60,354 nt of DNA from an uncultured Acidobacteriota bacterium (GTDB lineage: Bacteria > Acidobacteriota > Vicinamibacteria > Fen-336 > JAGNNV01), in contig CAYNHK010000004.1 in NCBI GenBank assembly GCA_964396875.1, positions 1 through 60,354 on the forward strand, given 5' to 3'. Under the pieces are notes generated by a model that ran no database searches, was not told the origin of the DNA, and saw only the letters and a list, made by a program, of their open reading frames with translations. This document shows positions 18,701 through 27,830 of the stretch, piece by piece; position 1 is the stretch's first letter; the number at the start of each line of letters is the position of its first letter. The translations under genes and the position numbers were made by a program.

Positions 18701-19156
18701 ATGTTCGTTCTCATGAAACACTCCAATCGATTCTCGGCGGTCGTGTTCATGCTCTTGCTTTATGGATGTGGTGGAGGCGGGTCGACTGCAGCAACGCCGA
18801 GCCCGGGTCCCCAGACCACGACCTTCATGGGAAGCGCCAGGACGACTGCAACCGGGGGATGCGCAGCGCTCAATCCGGCGCACATCATCAGCGCGGGCGA
18901 TGGAACCATGACCGTGACTCTCACGCAGTCGAGCGCGCCGCGCATGCAGCTTCAGGTGTGCTCGACAAGCGAAGCCGATCACCGCAACTGCACAGTTCCC
19001 CCTTTTGTTCTGCTCCCGGTTGGCCAAAGCGTCAGCGCCACCGTAAAGGGCGGGCGCTCGCAGTCGGTGACTCTGTTCACCGAAGGCTGCGGTGCCCCGA
19101 CCGCGCCCCCGACCGACCCCATCACCTACTCAGTCTCGGTCGTTCACCCCGGCTAG
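18701..19156 (+). CDS. Small lipoprotein, unknown function
   Basis: Lipobox LLLYGC followed by a Gly/Ser/Thr/Pro linker. Four further Cys in a beta-rich body. Start could be M5 (18713). Confidence 0.6.
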   Translation: MFVLMKHSNRFSAVVFMLLLYGCGGGGSTAATPSPGPQTTTFMGSARTTATGGCAALNPAHIISAGDGTMTVTLTQSSAPRMQLQVCSTSEADHRNCTVPPFVLLPVGQSVSATVKGGRSQSVTLFTEGCGAPTAPPTDPITYSVSVVHPG

Positions 19157-20941
19157 TCAGACCTCGAGTCCGACCGCGCGCATGAGGCCCAGGGCGTTGC
19201 CCCTCTGTACCGGGCCGGGTTTGATCTTGTAGTCGAAGGCCATGCGCTCCCCTTCGAGGTGATCCTCGAAGTGGACGTTTAGAGCGCGCGGGGCGAGGCT
19301 CACCGCAATCTCGGCCAGGGCGAGGTCATGCGATGTCACAAGACCCACCGCCCGCCGATCGAGCAGGGAGCGGACCACCGCCTCGGCGCCCACGCGTCTC
19401 TCCGCCGAGTTGGTGCCGTCGAAGATCTCGTCGAGAAGGAAGAGCAGCGGCGTCTCTCCGTTCGCGATGTCGAGGATCTGGCGGACGCGTTTGATCTCGG
19501 CGTAGAAACGCGACTCGCCATCTTGAAGGGAGTCCTGAATCCGGATCGACGCTCCCACCGCGAGGGGCGAGAGACGGAGGGAGGTGGCGCGCACCGGGGC
19601 TCCCGCAAGGGCGAGGACCGTGTTGATCCCGACCGTTCGCAGGAAGGTGCTCTTCCCCGACATGTTCGAGCCGGTGATCACCAACATCTGCCGCGAAGTG
19701 TCGAGACGCACGTCGTTGCGCACCGCGCGAGTCACGGGCAGAAGGGCGTGGCCGATACCGACACCGTCGAAAAGCGGGCCATCGTGTGCGAAGGTCGGAA
19801 AGGGATCGTCGGGATTCTCGAACGCATAGGCGCCTACGCTGACGAGCGCCTCGATCTCCCCGAGGGCCTGCAACCAGACGATCACGTCATGGCCGTGTCG
19901 ACGGCGCCAGCCCTCGATTGCCGCCGAGAGCTGCAGGTCCCAGAGCAGGAAAAAGGAGATGACGGCGAAGAACACGTTGCTCTTCGATTCGTGGACCTCG
20001 AGCCAGCGGCCGAGTTGCGCGATCGGACGCGACGGGGGTTCGCCATGCGCGGTGAGGGCCGCGTGAAGGTACGCCAGACGGGGCGCTTCGAAGCGCTCCG
20101 CGGCGAGCCGGTCGAAAATCTCGGTGAGGGTCTGAAGGTCGTGCACGGGACGGCCGATGCCGCTCAGGACCTGGGCGCTGAACGCACGGGCCTTCCACAT
20201 GCAGATCGCCACCGCGATCGTGGCGATCTGAAAAGGCGCGGCCTCCCAGAACCCAAGAGCCCAGCCGAGGAGGGTGACGACGACACTTCCCGAAAGCGCG
20301 AATGCGACCATCCTCAGGGTCTGCGGCACTTCTACGGGAGGCGCCGCGGCCCACCGCGACAGGGCGGTCGAATCCACCGCGCGCTGCGCCTCCGCCCCGA
20401 GAACCGCGAGGTCTTCGCGCAAATCGAGCCTCGGGCCAATCTCCCTGACCGCGGCCTGTCTCTCAATGAGGCCGGCGATGGGCGAAGGGTGAAGCAGCCA
20501 CGCCGCGAGTTGCTCCTGGCCGGCATGGGTCCGGGCGGTGCACATCCGCTCGTACAGGGAACCCCGACCGAACAGATCGAGATCGATGGCGTTGGGGTGC
20601 GCGGGGTCGAGGAAACGAAGCCCCTGATCGCCGCGCCCAATCCAGTCGCCCCGGGTACGGGCGAGCGAGGTCTCGTGGAACGAGACGCGCCGGCGCGCAC
20701 GGGAGAGGCGGCGGGAGAGCCGCTCGTGAACAATGACGAGGGCGACGAAAGTGATCGCCGCGATGATCAGCCCCACCACGGCGGTCGGGCGAGAGCCGGT
20801 GACCACGAGGGCCACGAAGGCGATCGCGGCCACGATCCCGCGGGCGAGCGACAGCTTGCGATCCCGCTGCTCGAGGACAGCAAGCTCCGCCCGACGCGAC
20901 GCGACGCGGGTCTCGTAGGCGGTCTGGGGATCGAGCGTCAC
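19157..20941 (-). CDS. MutS-related protein (membrane-anchored, ATPase domain V only)
   Basis: Walker A GSNMSGKST, Walker B LLFLLDEIFDGTN, and SHD...A signature. The N-terminal half has several hydrophobic helices and no mismatch-binding domain. Confidence 0.85.
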   Translation of the reverse strand: MTLDPQTAYETRVASRRAELAVLEQRDRKLSLARGIVAAIAFVALVVTGSRPTAVVGLIIAAITFVALVIVHERLSRRLSRARRRVSFHETSLARTRGDWIGRGDQGLRFLDPAHPNAIDLDLFGRGSLYERMCTARTHAGQEQLAAWLLHPSPIAGLIERQAAVREIGPRLDLREDLAVLGAEAQRAVDSTALSRWAAAPPVEVPQTLRMVAFALSGSVVVTLLGWALGFWEAAPFQIATIAVAICMWKARAFSAQVLSGIGRPVHDLQTLTEIFDRLAAERFEAPRLAYLHAALTAHGEPPSRPIAQLGRWLEVHESKSNVFFAVISFFLLWDLQLSAAIEGWRRRHGHDVIVWLQALGEIEALVSVGAYAFENPDDPFPTFAHDGPLFDGVGIGHALLPVTRAVRNDVRLDTSRQMLVITGSNMSGKSTFLRTVGINTVLALAGAPVRATSLRLSPLAVGASIRIQDSLQDGESRFYAEIKRVRQILDIANGETPLLFLLDEIFDGTNSAERRVGAEAVVRSLLDRRAVGLVTSHDLALAEIAVSLAPRALNVHFEDHLEGERMAFDYKIKPGPVQRGNALGLMRAVGLEV

Positions 20942-20960
20942 GCCTGATGATGCTACCGCG

Positions 20961-20987
20961 CTGGCCTCACCGCGCCCGTGAGGCCAG
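20961..20987 (-). terminator. Perfect 10-bp stem / 7-nt loop hairpin downstream of the TonB-dependent receptor gene
   Basis: CTGGCCTCAC (20961-20970) and GTGAGGCCAG (20978-20987) are exact reverse complements. It lies 15 nt after the stop at 21002-21004. No U-tract follows. Confidence 0.5.
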
Positions 20988-21001
20988 CCCGTCCGTTCCG
21001 G

Positions 21002-23947
21002 CTAGAACGACAGTCGCGCGCCGACTCGGAGAATCCTCGGACTGATGACCTCCTCTGCGCGACCCAGGCTCGCAGCTCCGGCATTCCGCGCGCGCGCAAG
21101 CACGAGGCTGCTGTTGAAGACGTTGAAGAGTTCAACCGAGGGGGTCAACGTGGCCCTGCCGATCTTGGAATTGCGGGCGAGCCGCAGATCGACGTTCCAC
21201 AGATCCTCGTACCTCTCATCGTCCACCGCACCCGAGAGGACCCGGGTCGAGCCGTCCAGGCCCAGCGGGCTAAGGGTGATGTTCTTCGGATACACACCGC
21301 CCTGGCGGCCGAAGATCGCCGTCGAGATGCTGATCTTGGCGGGCAGTGTCGCCAGCACATCCGCGTAGACCTGCCACTTGTAGGACGAGTAGAAGCTCGC
21401 CTTTCCGGAGCCACCCGAGAGGAGGGAGACCGGACCGCCGTCGATCAGCGCTCCGGTGTCAAGGCGAGTGGGGTTGCCGAAGAAGTTCACCCGGTTCGAA
21501 TCCGCGTAGTCCTCAGTCCAGTCATTCCAGGAAAGCGCCAGGTTGGCCATCCATCCGTGGGACATCCTCTTCTTGGCCGTGGCCTCGAAGCCGCTGAAGC
21601 GGCGACTGTAACCGGAGTAGTTGGTGCGATAACGGCCCGAGCCGCCCGCGCTCACCAGCGCGGGTGGAGGGGTGTAACGCTGGATCGTATAACCCCTGGC
21701 CGTGACGTCCGTTCCGCGAATGTACTGGCCAGGCTGAACGATCGGGCATGTCTGACCGACTTCGCACGCCCCCGCCCGGAAGGGCGTGTACTGAAGGTTG
21801 TCGGACTTTCGGTAAGTGTAAGCCGCGCCAACCGCGAAGTCCGACGTGATTTCCTTGTCGATGCCCAGAACGAATTCGTGATCCCGCTGATTCTTCAGAT
21901 CCGGGTCGATCCGGCCGGGGGCGATGCCGGTCCGGTTGCTGGGATCGATGTTGTAGGCGTACAAAACCCCGCCTCGGATATCGACCTCATTCGGCGTCAC
22001 AACTCGATCCCCGTTTGAGTCGTTCCAGCCGTAAGCCAGATACCCTCCCGGCACGCCCGCCGCGTTCACGATGCCATAGCTCAACTGGGCGGCGTAGCTC
22101 GCATAGGAGCCGCGAACGACCGTCTTTCGAGCCTGATCGAGTGCGTACGACGCGCCCAGGCGCGGTGAGACGTTGGTCCAGTTCACCAGATCGTCGGAGC
22201 CCGCATAGTTCACCGCGGGAGCTTCGGACGGGAAGGATCGGTTGGCCGGAATCGCTGCCGCGAGATTCCTGGCACTCTGCACGTCAAGCCGCGCGCCCAG
22301 GTTCAGGCTGAGGCGATCCCGCGAAAGCACATCGCCGACATACGCCGAGACATACCGGCCCTGATTGTGCGGCTGCGCATCGCGGTGGACGTAGGCGGCA
22401 TACGGTCCGCCCGCTACGATTCCCGCGAGCTGATTGCCGTTGTAGTGAGTTGTGTCATTCGTGGTCGCGACGCGGTAGCCGAACCCGAACTTCAGCTCGT
22501 TGTTTCCACCCAGGGCGGAGAAGAAGTAGCTCCCATCGAGATTTGCGGTCTTTTGCGGCCTGCGGCCGATGTAGGTCCGAAACGACCCCGTGGCCGTGCT
22601 GTTGTCGAGGTTGAGGGTGTAGCCCTGGGTGTCCCCACCGCGTGCGTTGAGGCTGAAGCCGGTGTCGTAGTACGCGGCTTTGGCCGACATGAAGAAGCTC
22701 GCCGAGAAAGTGTGGTTCACCTCTGCTTTCCACAGGCCGCGTGGAAGTCCCCCATCCGTCCCCGCCGTCCCCTGGTTCCAGAGGAAGGCATCGGACTCAC
22801 TCAGGCCCGTGCCCACCCCGCGGCCGAACTTCTCCTTGGACCCGACGAAGTAGAAGGCGCTGACCATCGTGTTGGCCGAGGCCTGCCAGTTCAACTTTGC
22901 ATTGTAGGAAGGAAGGAGAGTGGCGTCCTCGGTGCCGTTGAGACGGCACAACTTGATGTCCTGCTTGCCGTACGTCACATAGAACCACAGCTTGTCCTTG
23001 AGAACAGGTCCGCCCAGATCGAAACCAAAGTCCTTGATGTTGTCGACGTGATCACCCTTGTCGCGCGTCTCACCGGGCGCCGGAGCGCAGTAACCCGTGC
23101 CCCCGGCCAGGCGATTTGCCGAGCCGCCTTTGTTGATGTCCGCGAGGAGCTCCGGCGTGATGTTGGACGAGCTGTACTTGTCATCGGTGCGCATGTAACG
23201 CGCGCCGCCATGGAACGTGTTCGTGCCACGCCGGGTCACCAGGTTGATTCCGAACCCGCCCGTAGCCATGTTCAGATCTCCGCCGCCCGTGGTGACGTTG
23301 ATCTCCTGGAAGGCATCGAAATCGAAATAGTCCGGCGAGGATCCCGTGGCGGACATGTCGGTGATCACCAGACCATCAAGCGTCCAGACGCGGTCGGTTG
23401 CCGCCGATCCCTTCCCGGCCACATTCGCCTGCTGCCCGTTCTCGTTGCCGGCGATGTTGACCCGGTCGATCAGGGCGCCCGGAACATTCCGCATGATGCC
23501 CCAGGGATCGCGGGAGTTCGGCACGTCCTTGAGCTGCTCATTGCTGATGGTCAGGCCGGTGCCCCGCTTCTTTACGTCGACAAGCGGCGCCTCACCCGAC
23601 ACCTCGACGAGGTCGGTGAGCGCGCCGACCTTCAGACTGAGGGACAGATCCACATTCTGACCGGTCACGATCTGCACGCGACGACTGGCCCCGGCAAAGC
23701 CCTGGAGGGTCACGGACACGGTGTAGGCGCCGTAGTCCAGGTTGAGGAAGCGGAATTCTCCTCCCGGCCCGGTGACGGTCGCTCGGCTGCCCGCCTCTCC
23801 GGCGAGGGACACGTTCGCGCCCGGGAGAACGGCCCCGGACTCATCCGCAACTTTTCCGTAAATATTCCCGGTCGCAATCTGGGCGTGTGTAACACTCCCA
23901 AGAGCGAGCAGCGCGACGGCCAGTAGTACATGTCTCTTCATGGTCAT
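21002..23947 (-). CDS. TonB-dependent receptor with N-terminal carboxypeptidase-regulatory-like domain (Oar-like)
   Basis: Signal peptide, then GNIYGKVADESGAVLPGANVSL...GEFRFLNLDYGAYTVSV (CarboxypepD_reg). A long beta-barrel ends in a terminal F. The second ATG at 23941 has better spacing from a GAGGA Shine-Dalgarno and may be the true start. Confidence 0.9.
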   Translation of the reverse strand: MTMKRHVLLAVALLALGSVTHAQIATGNIYGKVADESGAVLPGANVSLAGEAGSRATVTGPGGEFRFLNLDYGAYTVSVTLQGFAGASRRVQIVTGQNVDLSLSLKVGALTDLVEVSGEAPLVDVKKRGTGLTISNEQLKDVPNSRDPWGIMRNVPGALIDRVNIAGNENGQQANVAGKGSAATDRVWTLDGLVITDMSATGSSPDYFDFDAFQEINVTTGGGDLNMATGGFGINLVTRRGTNTFHGGARYMRTDDKYSSSNITPELLADINKGGSANRLAGGTGYCAPAPGETRDKGDHVDNIKDFGFDLGGPVLKDKLWFYVTYGKQDIKLCRLNGTEDATLLPSYNAKLNWQASANTMVSAFYFVGSKEKFGRGVGTGLSESDAFLWNQGTAGTDGGLPRGLWKAEVNHTFSASFFMSAKAAYYDTGFSLNARGGDTQGYTLNLDNSTATGSFRTYIGRRPQKTANLDGSYFFSALGGNNELKFGFGYRVATTNDTTHYNGNQLAGIVAGGPYAAYVHRDAQPHNQGRYVSAYVGDVLSRDRLSLNLGARLDVQSARNLAAAIPANRSFPSEAPAVNYAGSDDLVNWTNVSPRLGASYALDQARKTVVRGSYASYAAQLSYGIVNAAGVPGGYLAYGWNDSNGDRVVTPNEVDIRGGVLYAYNIDPSNRTGIAPGRIDPDLKNQRDHEFVLGIDKEITSDFAVGAAYTYRKSDNLQYTPFRAGACEVGQTCPIVQPGQYIRGTDVTARGYTIQRYTPPPALVSAGGSGRYRTNYSGYSRRFSGFEATAKKRMSHGWMANLALSWNDWTEDYADSNRVNFFGNPTRLDTGALIDGGPVSLLSGGSGKASFYSSYKWQVYADVLATLPAKISISTAIFGRQGGVYPKNITLSPLGLDGSTRVLSGAVDDERYEDLWNVDLRLARNSKIGRATLTPSVELFNVFNSSLVLARARNAGAASLGRAEEVISPRILRVGARLSF

Positions 23948-24264
23948 TCCTCAGTTGGGGTGGATAACGCCTCTAGCCGAGGCGAGTGATGGCCGTTCGG
24001 CCGGTGAGTGGGAAGGGGAGGGCGTGCCATTCGGCGGGATCGGCCGCGGAGGATGCCGAATCGCTTCAGCTTTTCCTGCAGCGTGCTCGGAAGCACGCCG
24101 AGGGCTATGGCGGCGCGTTTCTGGCTGCCATCCGCGGCGGCCAGCGCGACGAGGAGGAGGCTCTTCTCAAACCGTTCCAGAATCTCTCGGAGTGCCAGAT
24201 CACCCCGCTCGGGTGAGCGGGACGGTCCGGCAAGCGTGAGCATGAATTCGCCTGGGTCGTTCAT
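23944..24264 (-). CDS. Stand-alone Fis-type (HTH_8) DNA-binding protein
   Basis: GSQKRAAIALGVLPSTLQEKLKRFGI is a Fis/NtrC-type HTH. ATG at 24262-24264 is preceded by AAGAGG with 7-nt spacing. The stop overlaps or abuts the receptor start (ATGA at 23944-23947). Confidence 0.65.
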   Translation of the reverse strand: MNDPGEFMLTLAGPSRSPERGDLALREILERFEKSLLLVALAAADGSQKRAAIALGVLPSTLQEKLKRFGILRGRSRRMARPPLPTHRPNGHHSPRLEALSTPTEE

Positions 24265-24568
24265 CGATAAGCCTCTTGGCGCACGAAAGTACTTGGGCGT
24301 CGATCGTGCGGAAAGACCCACTCTTGCCGGATGCCATCGGCCCACTCCGGCGACGGCATGCGGGCGCCCGTCACATCTCGCGATCAACGAGTGGAGACTC
24401 GAGGCTTAAAGGCGCGGTGTTCGATTCCGGGATCTGGCGTGTCGGTTACAGGACAACGGTTCGACATGCCGCAGCCATAAGTGCCTTCCCCAGGCCTCTT
24501 GACGGCCATGGCACGGCCTTTGTAGAACCCGCTCAAGTGGGTACCAAACAGGGAGCGATTTCTCCAAG

Positions 24569-26059
24569 ATGAACAGCCGCCCAAAGAACGAGCTGGCGTT
24601 GTCAGTCGATCCTGGTGGCGACGTGCCGCTCTACCGGCAGATCTACGAAGAGATCAGGATCGCGATCCTTGCCGGACGGATCGGCCCCGGAGAAACCGTC
24701 CCTTCGACGCGTGAGCTCGCGCTGTCCCTCGACGTTTCGCGAACCACCGCCAAACTTGCCTACGACCTCCTGCTGAGCGAGGGTTACATCGAGGGACATA
24801 TCGGCTCCGGTACGAGGGTCTGCGATCTGCTTCCGGAAGAGACATCACGGGTCAGGCAGAAGTCATCGCCGCAAAGGCCCGGCCCCGCCCCCCTTCGCCC
24901 GACGCTCTCGGCGACCGGCCGCGCCCTGGTGGGAATGAAGAACGAACCCGATCACAACGGCCTCAGATTCAGGTTCCACTACTGCCGCCCGGATGTCGGC
25001 GCATTTCCGTACGTCCAGTGGCGACGGCTCCAACTCGACGGTCTGCGGGGTCAGGACCACGACCTGTTCAACTACCAGCAGGACGGCATGGGCTACCGGC
25101 CGCTTCGCCTGGCCCTTGCGAAATACCTTGGCCGTTCACGCGCGGTCCGGTGCGACGCGGATCAGATCGTGATCGTCAACGGCACTCAACAAGCACTGGC
25201 GCTCCTGGCCAGCGTTCTGCTCGATCCCGGAGACACCGTGGCCCTCGAGAATCCGGGCTACTCCGGGGCGCTCGACATCGCGCGCCAGCATCGCGCGCGG
25301 GTGTTCGATGTGCCAGTGGGAGCGGAGGGCATTCGCATCGAGGCCCTGCCGCGGAGCGGCGCCCGATTCCTCTACGTCACTCCGTCACATCAGTTCCCCA
25401 CCGGCGTGGTCCTGCCGCTGGCCCGCCGCCTCGAACTACTGCGCTGGGCCGCCGCCACCGGCACGCTCATCATGGAGGACGACTATGACAGCGAATTCCG
25501 CTTCGGGTCGAGGCCGGTGCCGGCGCTGCAGGGACTCGATGAGGCGGGCTCGGTGGCCTACCTCGGCACGTTTTCAAAGACCATGTTCCCCTCCATCAGA
25601 ATCGGATACGTGGTGCTGCCGCGCTCCCTGGTTCAAGCGGTGGAGCGCGCGAAGTGGACGCTTGACCGTCACGTGGCCGCGCTCGATCAGCGCGCCCTCA
25701 CTTCCTTCCTGGAAACCGGTCTGTACGAAAGGCATCTGCGGCGGATGCGAAAGATCTACGCTCGGCGGCGCAGTGTGCTGCTGACGGCGCTTGGAGCGGA
25801 ATTCGGCCGAGCGGTGGAGGTTCTCGGAGACCCCGCGGGCCTTCATCTCATGATCCGCCTGAAGACCCGGCTGAGCGATGACGAGGTCGTGGCCCGCGCC
25901 GCGGCCCAGGGAATCGGGATCGTCAGCGCAGCGATCTACTACGCCGGGGAAGCGCCCGGCGGCGAATTCGTGCTCGGCTACGGACAGGTGTCGGAGACCG
26001 AAATCGTAGAGGGGGTGAAACGGCTCGCGAGGACCATCGGTCAAGCCAGGGCTGCGTGA
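24569..26059 (+). CDS. MocR/PdxR-type regulator: GntR HTH fused to a PLP aminotransferase-like domain
   Basis: N-terminal PLYRQIYEEIRIAILAGRIGPGETVPSTRELALSLDVSRTT (GntR wHTH). C-terminal fold-type I aminotransferase pattern (YVTPSHQFPTG, FSKTMFPSIRIGY). Confidence 0.9.
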   Translation: MNSRPKNELALSVDPGGDVPLYRQIYEEIRIAILAGRIGPGETVPSTRELALSLDVSRTTAKLAYDLLLSEGYIEGHIGSGTRVCDLLPEETSRVRQKSSPQRPGPAPLRPTLSATGRALVGMKNEPDHNGLRFRFHYCRPDVGAFPYVQWRRLQLDGLRGQDHDLFNYQQDGMGYRPLRLALAKYLGRSRAVRCDADQIVIVNGTQQALALLASVLLDPGDTVALENPGYSGALDIARQHRARVFDVPVGAEGIRIEALPRSGARFLYVTPSHQFPTGVVLPLARRLELLRWAAATGTLIMEDDYDSEFRFGSRPVPALQGLDEAGSVAYLGTFSKTMFPSIRIGYVVLPRSLVQAVERAKWTLDRHVAALDQRALTSFLETGLYERHLRRMRKIYARRRSVLLTALGAEFGRAVEVLGDPAGLHLMIRLKTRLSDDEVVARAAAQGIGIVSAAIYYAGEAPGGEFVLGYGQVSETEIVEGVKRLARTIGQARAA

Positions 26060-27003
26060 CCCCGACCTGGATCCTGTGCCTCATGGCGGCGAATGCCAGT
26101 CTCGCCCCTCCGCGGGAGCAAAATGTCCTGATCCCATCACGCGACGGGCGACAGATCGCGGGAACACTGACTCTCCCCGCGGCGGGCCGTCCTCCTTTCC
26201 CGGTGGCGATCTCGCTCACCGGGTCGGGCGCTCACCATCGCGACGGCAACCGTGCGCCTGAGCACCCGTATCGGCCGTTTCTGGAGATCGCCCACGCGCT
26301 TTCGGATAAAGGGATCGCCATGCTGCGCATGGACGACCGCGGTGTCGGCGCATCCACGGGCGACGCGAACGCGACGACCGGTGACGATGTGGCGGACGAC
26401 GTCAGGGTCGCCATCGCCTGGCTTCGCGAAAGGAAGGAGACGGACGCGGCGCGCGTTGCGCTCATTGGCCACAGCTTCGGAGGCGCCGTGGCTCCGATGG
26501 TGGCGAGAGACGATGCCCGAATCGCGGCACTCGTGCTCATGGCCGCGCCCGCCCGGAGTTTCCGCGAGACGATGCAGTACCAGCATCGCCGCCGCATCGA
26601 AGCCGATCCGGAGGTGGCGCCCGAGGATCGCAAGGCCGTGCTGGCTCGAGCCATGGCCCGGCAGGAACAAAACGTCGCCGGCAGCGAGGAGTTGTGGAGA
26701 CCCTGGCTCCAGAACAGGGACCCGCTGCCCACGGTCCGGCGCGTTTTGTGCCCCGTGCTCATTCTCCACGGAACCTCCGACCAGGCGGTGCCTCCGGCGG
26801 ATGCGCTTGCCTTGTTCGCGACGCTCCGCGAGGCCTCGAACCACCGGGTCACCCTGAAGATCCTGGAATCGATGAACCACCACTTCAATATTGATCCAGT
26901 GGGAGCGACCAACCGCTACGACCAGTTACCGAGCCAGAATCTGGCCCCCGAGTTTCTGAAGACGCTCTCGACCTGGCTGGCCGAAAGTCTGGCGAAGCCC
27001 TGA
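26056..27003 (+). CDS. Alpha/beta hydrolase (S9/dienelactone-hydrolase-like)
   Basis: Nucleophile elbow GHSFGG, followed by LILHGTSDQ and a C-terminal His region. The GTG start overlaps the MocR stop as GTGA. An alternative ATG is at 26083. Confidence 0.8.
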   Translation: MTPTWILCLMAANASLAPPREQNVLIPSRDGRQIAGTLTLPAAGRPPFPVAISLTGSGAHHRDGNRAPEHPYRPFLEIAHALSDKGIAMLRMDDRGVGASTGDANATTGDDVADDVRVAIAWLRERKETDAARVALIGHSFGGAVAPMVARDDARIAALVLMAAPARSFRETMQYQHRRRIEADPEVAPEDRKAVLARAMARQEQNVAGSEELWRPWLQNRDPLPTVRRVLCPVLILHGTSDQAVPPADALALFATLREASNHRVTLKILESMNHHFNIDPVGATNRYDQLPSQNLAPEFLKTLSTWLAESLAKP

Positions 27004-27301
27004 CCGCGGCTCGGAACACTTCTTTGCCATTCTGAATCGCGAGCTCAACGCTGCGCCTATGGCGGATGTCTTCGACGGGATCACGGCGCAGCACGACCAG
27101 GTCCGCGCGCTTTCCCGGCTCAACCGTGCCGATGTCGCCCAGGATGCCAAGCGACTCCGCGCCGTTCCTCGTCGCGATGCGAAGGACCGACACGGGAGGG
27201 ATTCCCGCGTCCTTGAGCAGCTCGAGTTCCCGATGGAAGCCGACGCCGGGAATGACCCAGGGGTGCGCAATCCAGAGTTGCAGGAGCGCGACCCCGGCAC
27301 G
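26885..27301 (-). pseudogene. 5'-truncated amidohydrolase remnant (C-terminal ~100 codons only)
   Basis: My hand translation from 27301 downward reads RAGVALLQLWIAHPWVIPGVGFHRELELLKDAGIPPVSVLRIATRNGAESLGILGDIGTVEPGKRADLVVLRRDPVEDIRH...IQNGKEVF. That is the conserved C-terminal end of metal-dependent amidohydrolases. The frame is closed upstream by TGA at 27302-27304. The only start is a GTG at 27193. Confidence 0.6.
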
Positions 27302-27646
27302 TCACCCATTCCGTCGAGCGCGTGCCCAGGCGATGGCGCCGGCAGCCATCGCGACAAAGACCAGCGAGATCCAGCCGAAAGGCTGAACCCCGGCGGCAAA
27401 GAGCCCGAGGGTCGCAAGCGCGTTGCAGCCCGTGAGAACCCATGCCGACACCACGCCCAGGGTTCGGTGAAACACCAGGCAGCTGGCGAGCGCCTGCAGA
27501 AGTCCGAACACGCGCACCAGCGCATGGCCCATTCCGAGATGCGCGAATATCCGAAGGTCGGCCTCGCCCCCGGCGATCTTGTAAACGCCGCTGGCCACGC
27601 CGAAGACGGTGATGAGAACGGTGGAAATGGTTACAGCAATTCGCAT
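27302..27646 (-). CDS. Small integral membrane protein (about 4 TM, DoxX-like?)
   Basis: Start at MRIAVTISTVLITVFG (ATG 27644-27646). 114 aa, four hydrophobic helices. Family assignment is tentative. Confidence 0.5.
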   Translation of the reverse strand: MRIAVTISTVLITVFGVASGVYKIAGGEADLRIFAHLGMGHALVRVFGLLQALASCLVFHRTLGVVSAWVLTGCNALATLGLFAAGVQPFGWISLVFVAMAAGAIAWARARRNG

Positions 27647-27830
27647 CGCCAAATGGTAACCAGCCCGAAGAGGCGCACATAGACCCACTCGCTGGGGCGG
27701 CTCCAGGCCCACTTTCTTCGCACTTCCGACAAGCCGGCGAGGCCGTGCCGAATCGTTCTCAGTGGGTCGGTCTCAAACAGCGAAAGTGGGCCTTTCGTTC
27801 GGTTGGGGACCTCGGTACCTTCGCGACGCA

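Noticed and set aside
24419-24428. GTTCGATTCC, a tRNA T-loop-like motif in the 304-bp intergenic region (possible tRNA or att remnant)
   Set aside because: The flanking bases cannot form a 5-bp T-stem (CGGTG versus CCGGG). No acceptor or anticodon arms could be built on either strand.
24509-24524. Sigma-54-like element TGGCAC-N5-TTGTA upstream of the MocR-type gene
   Set aside because: The -12 GC is replaced by GT, and MocR regulators are not typical sigma-54 targets. An overlapping TTGACG-N18-TAGAAC sigma-70-like arrangement is equally plausible. Neither is strong enough to call.
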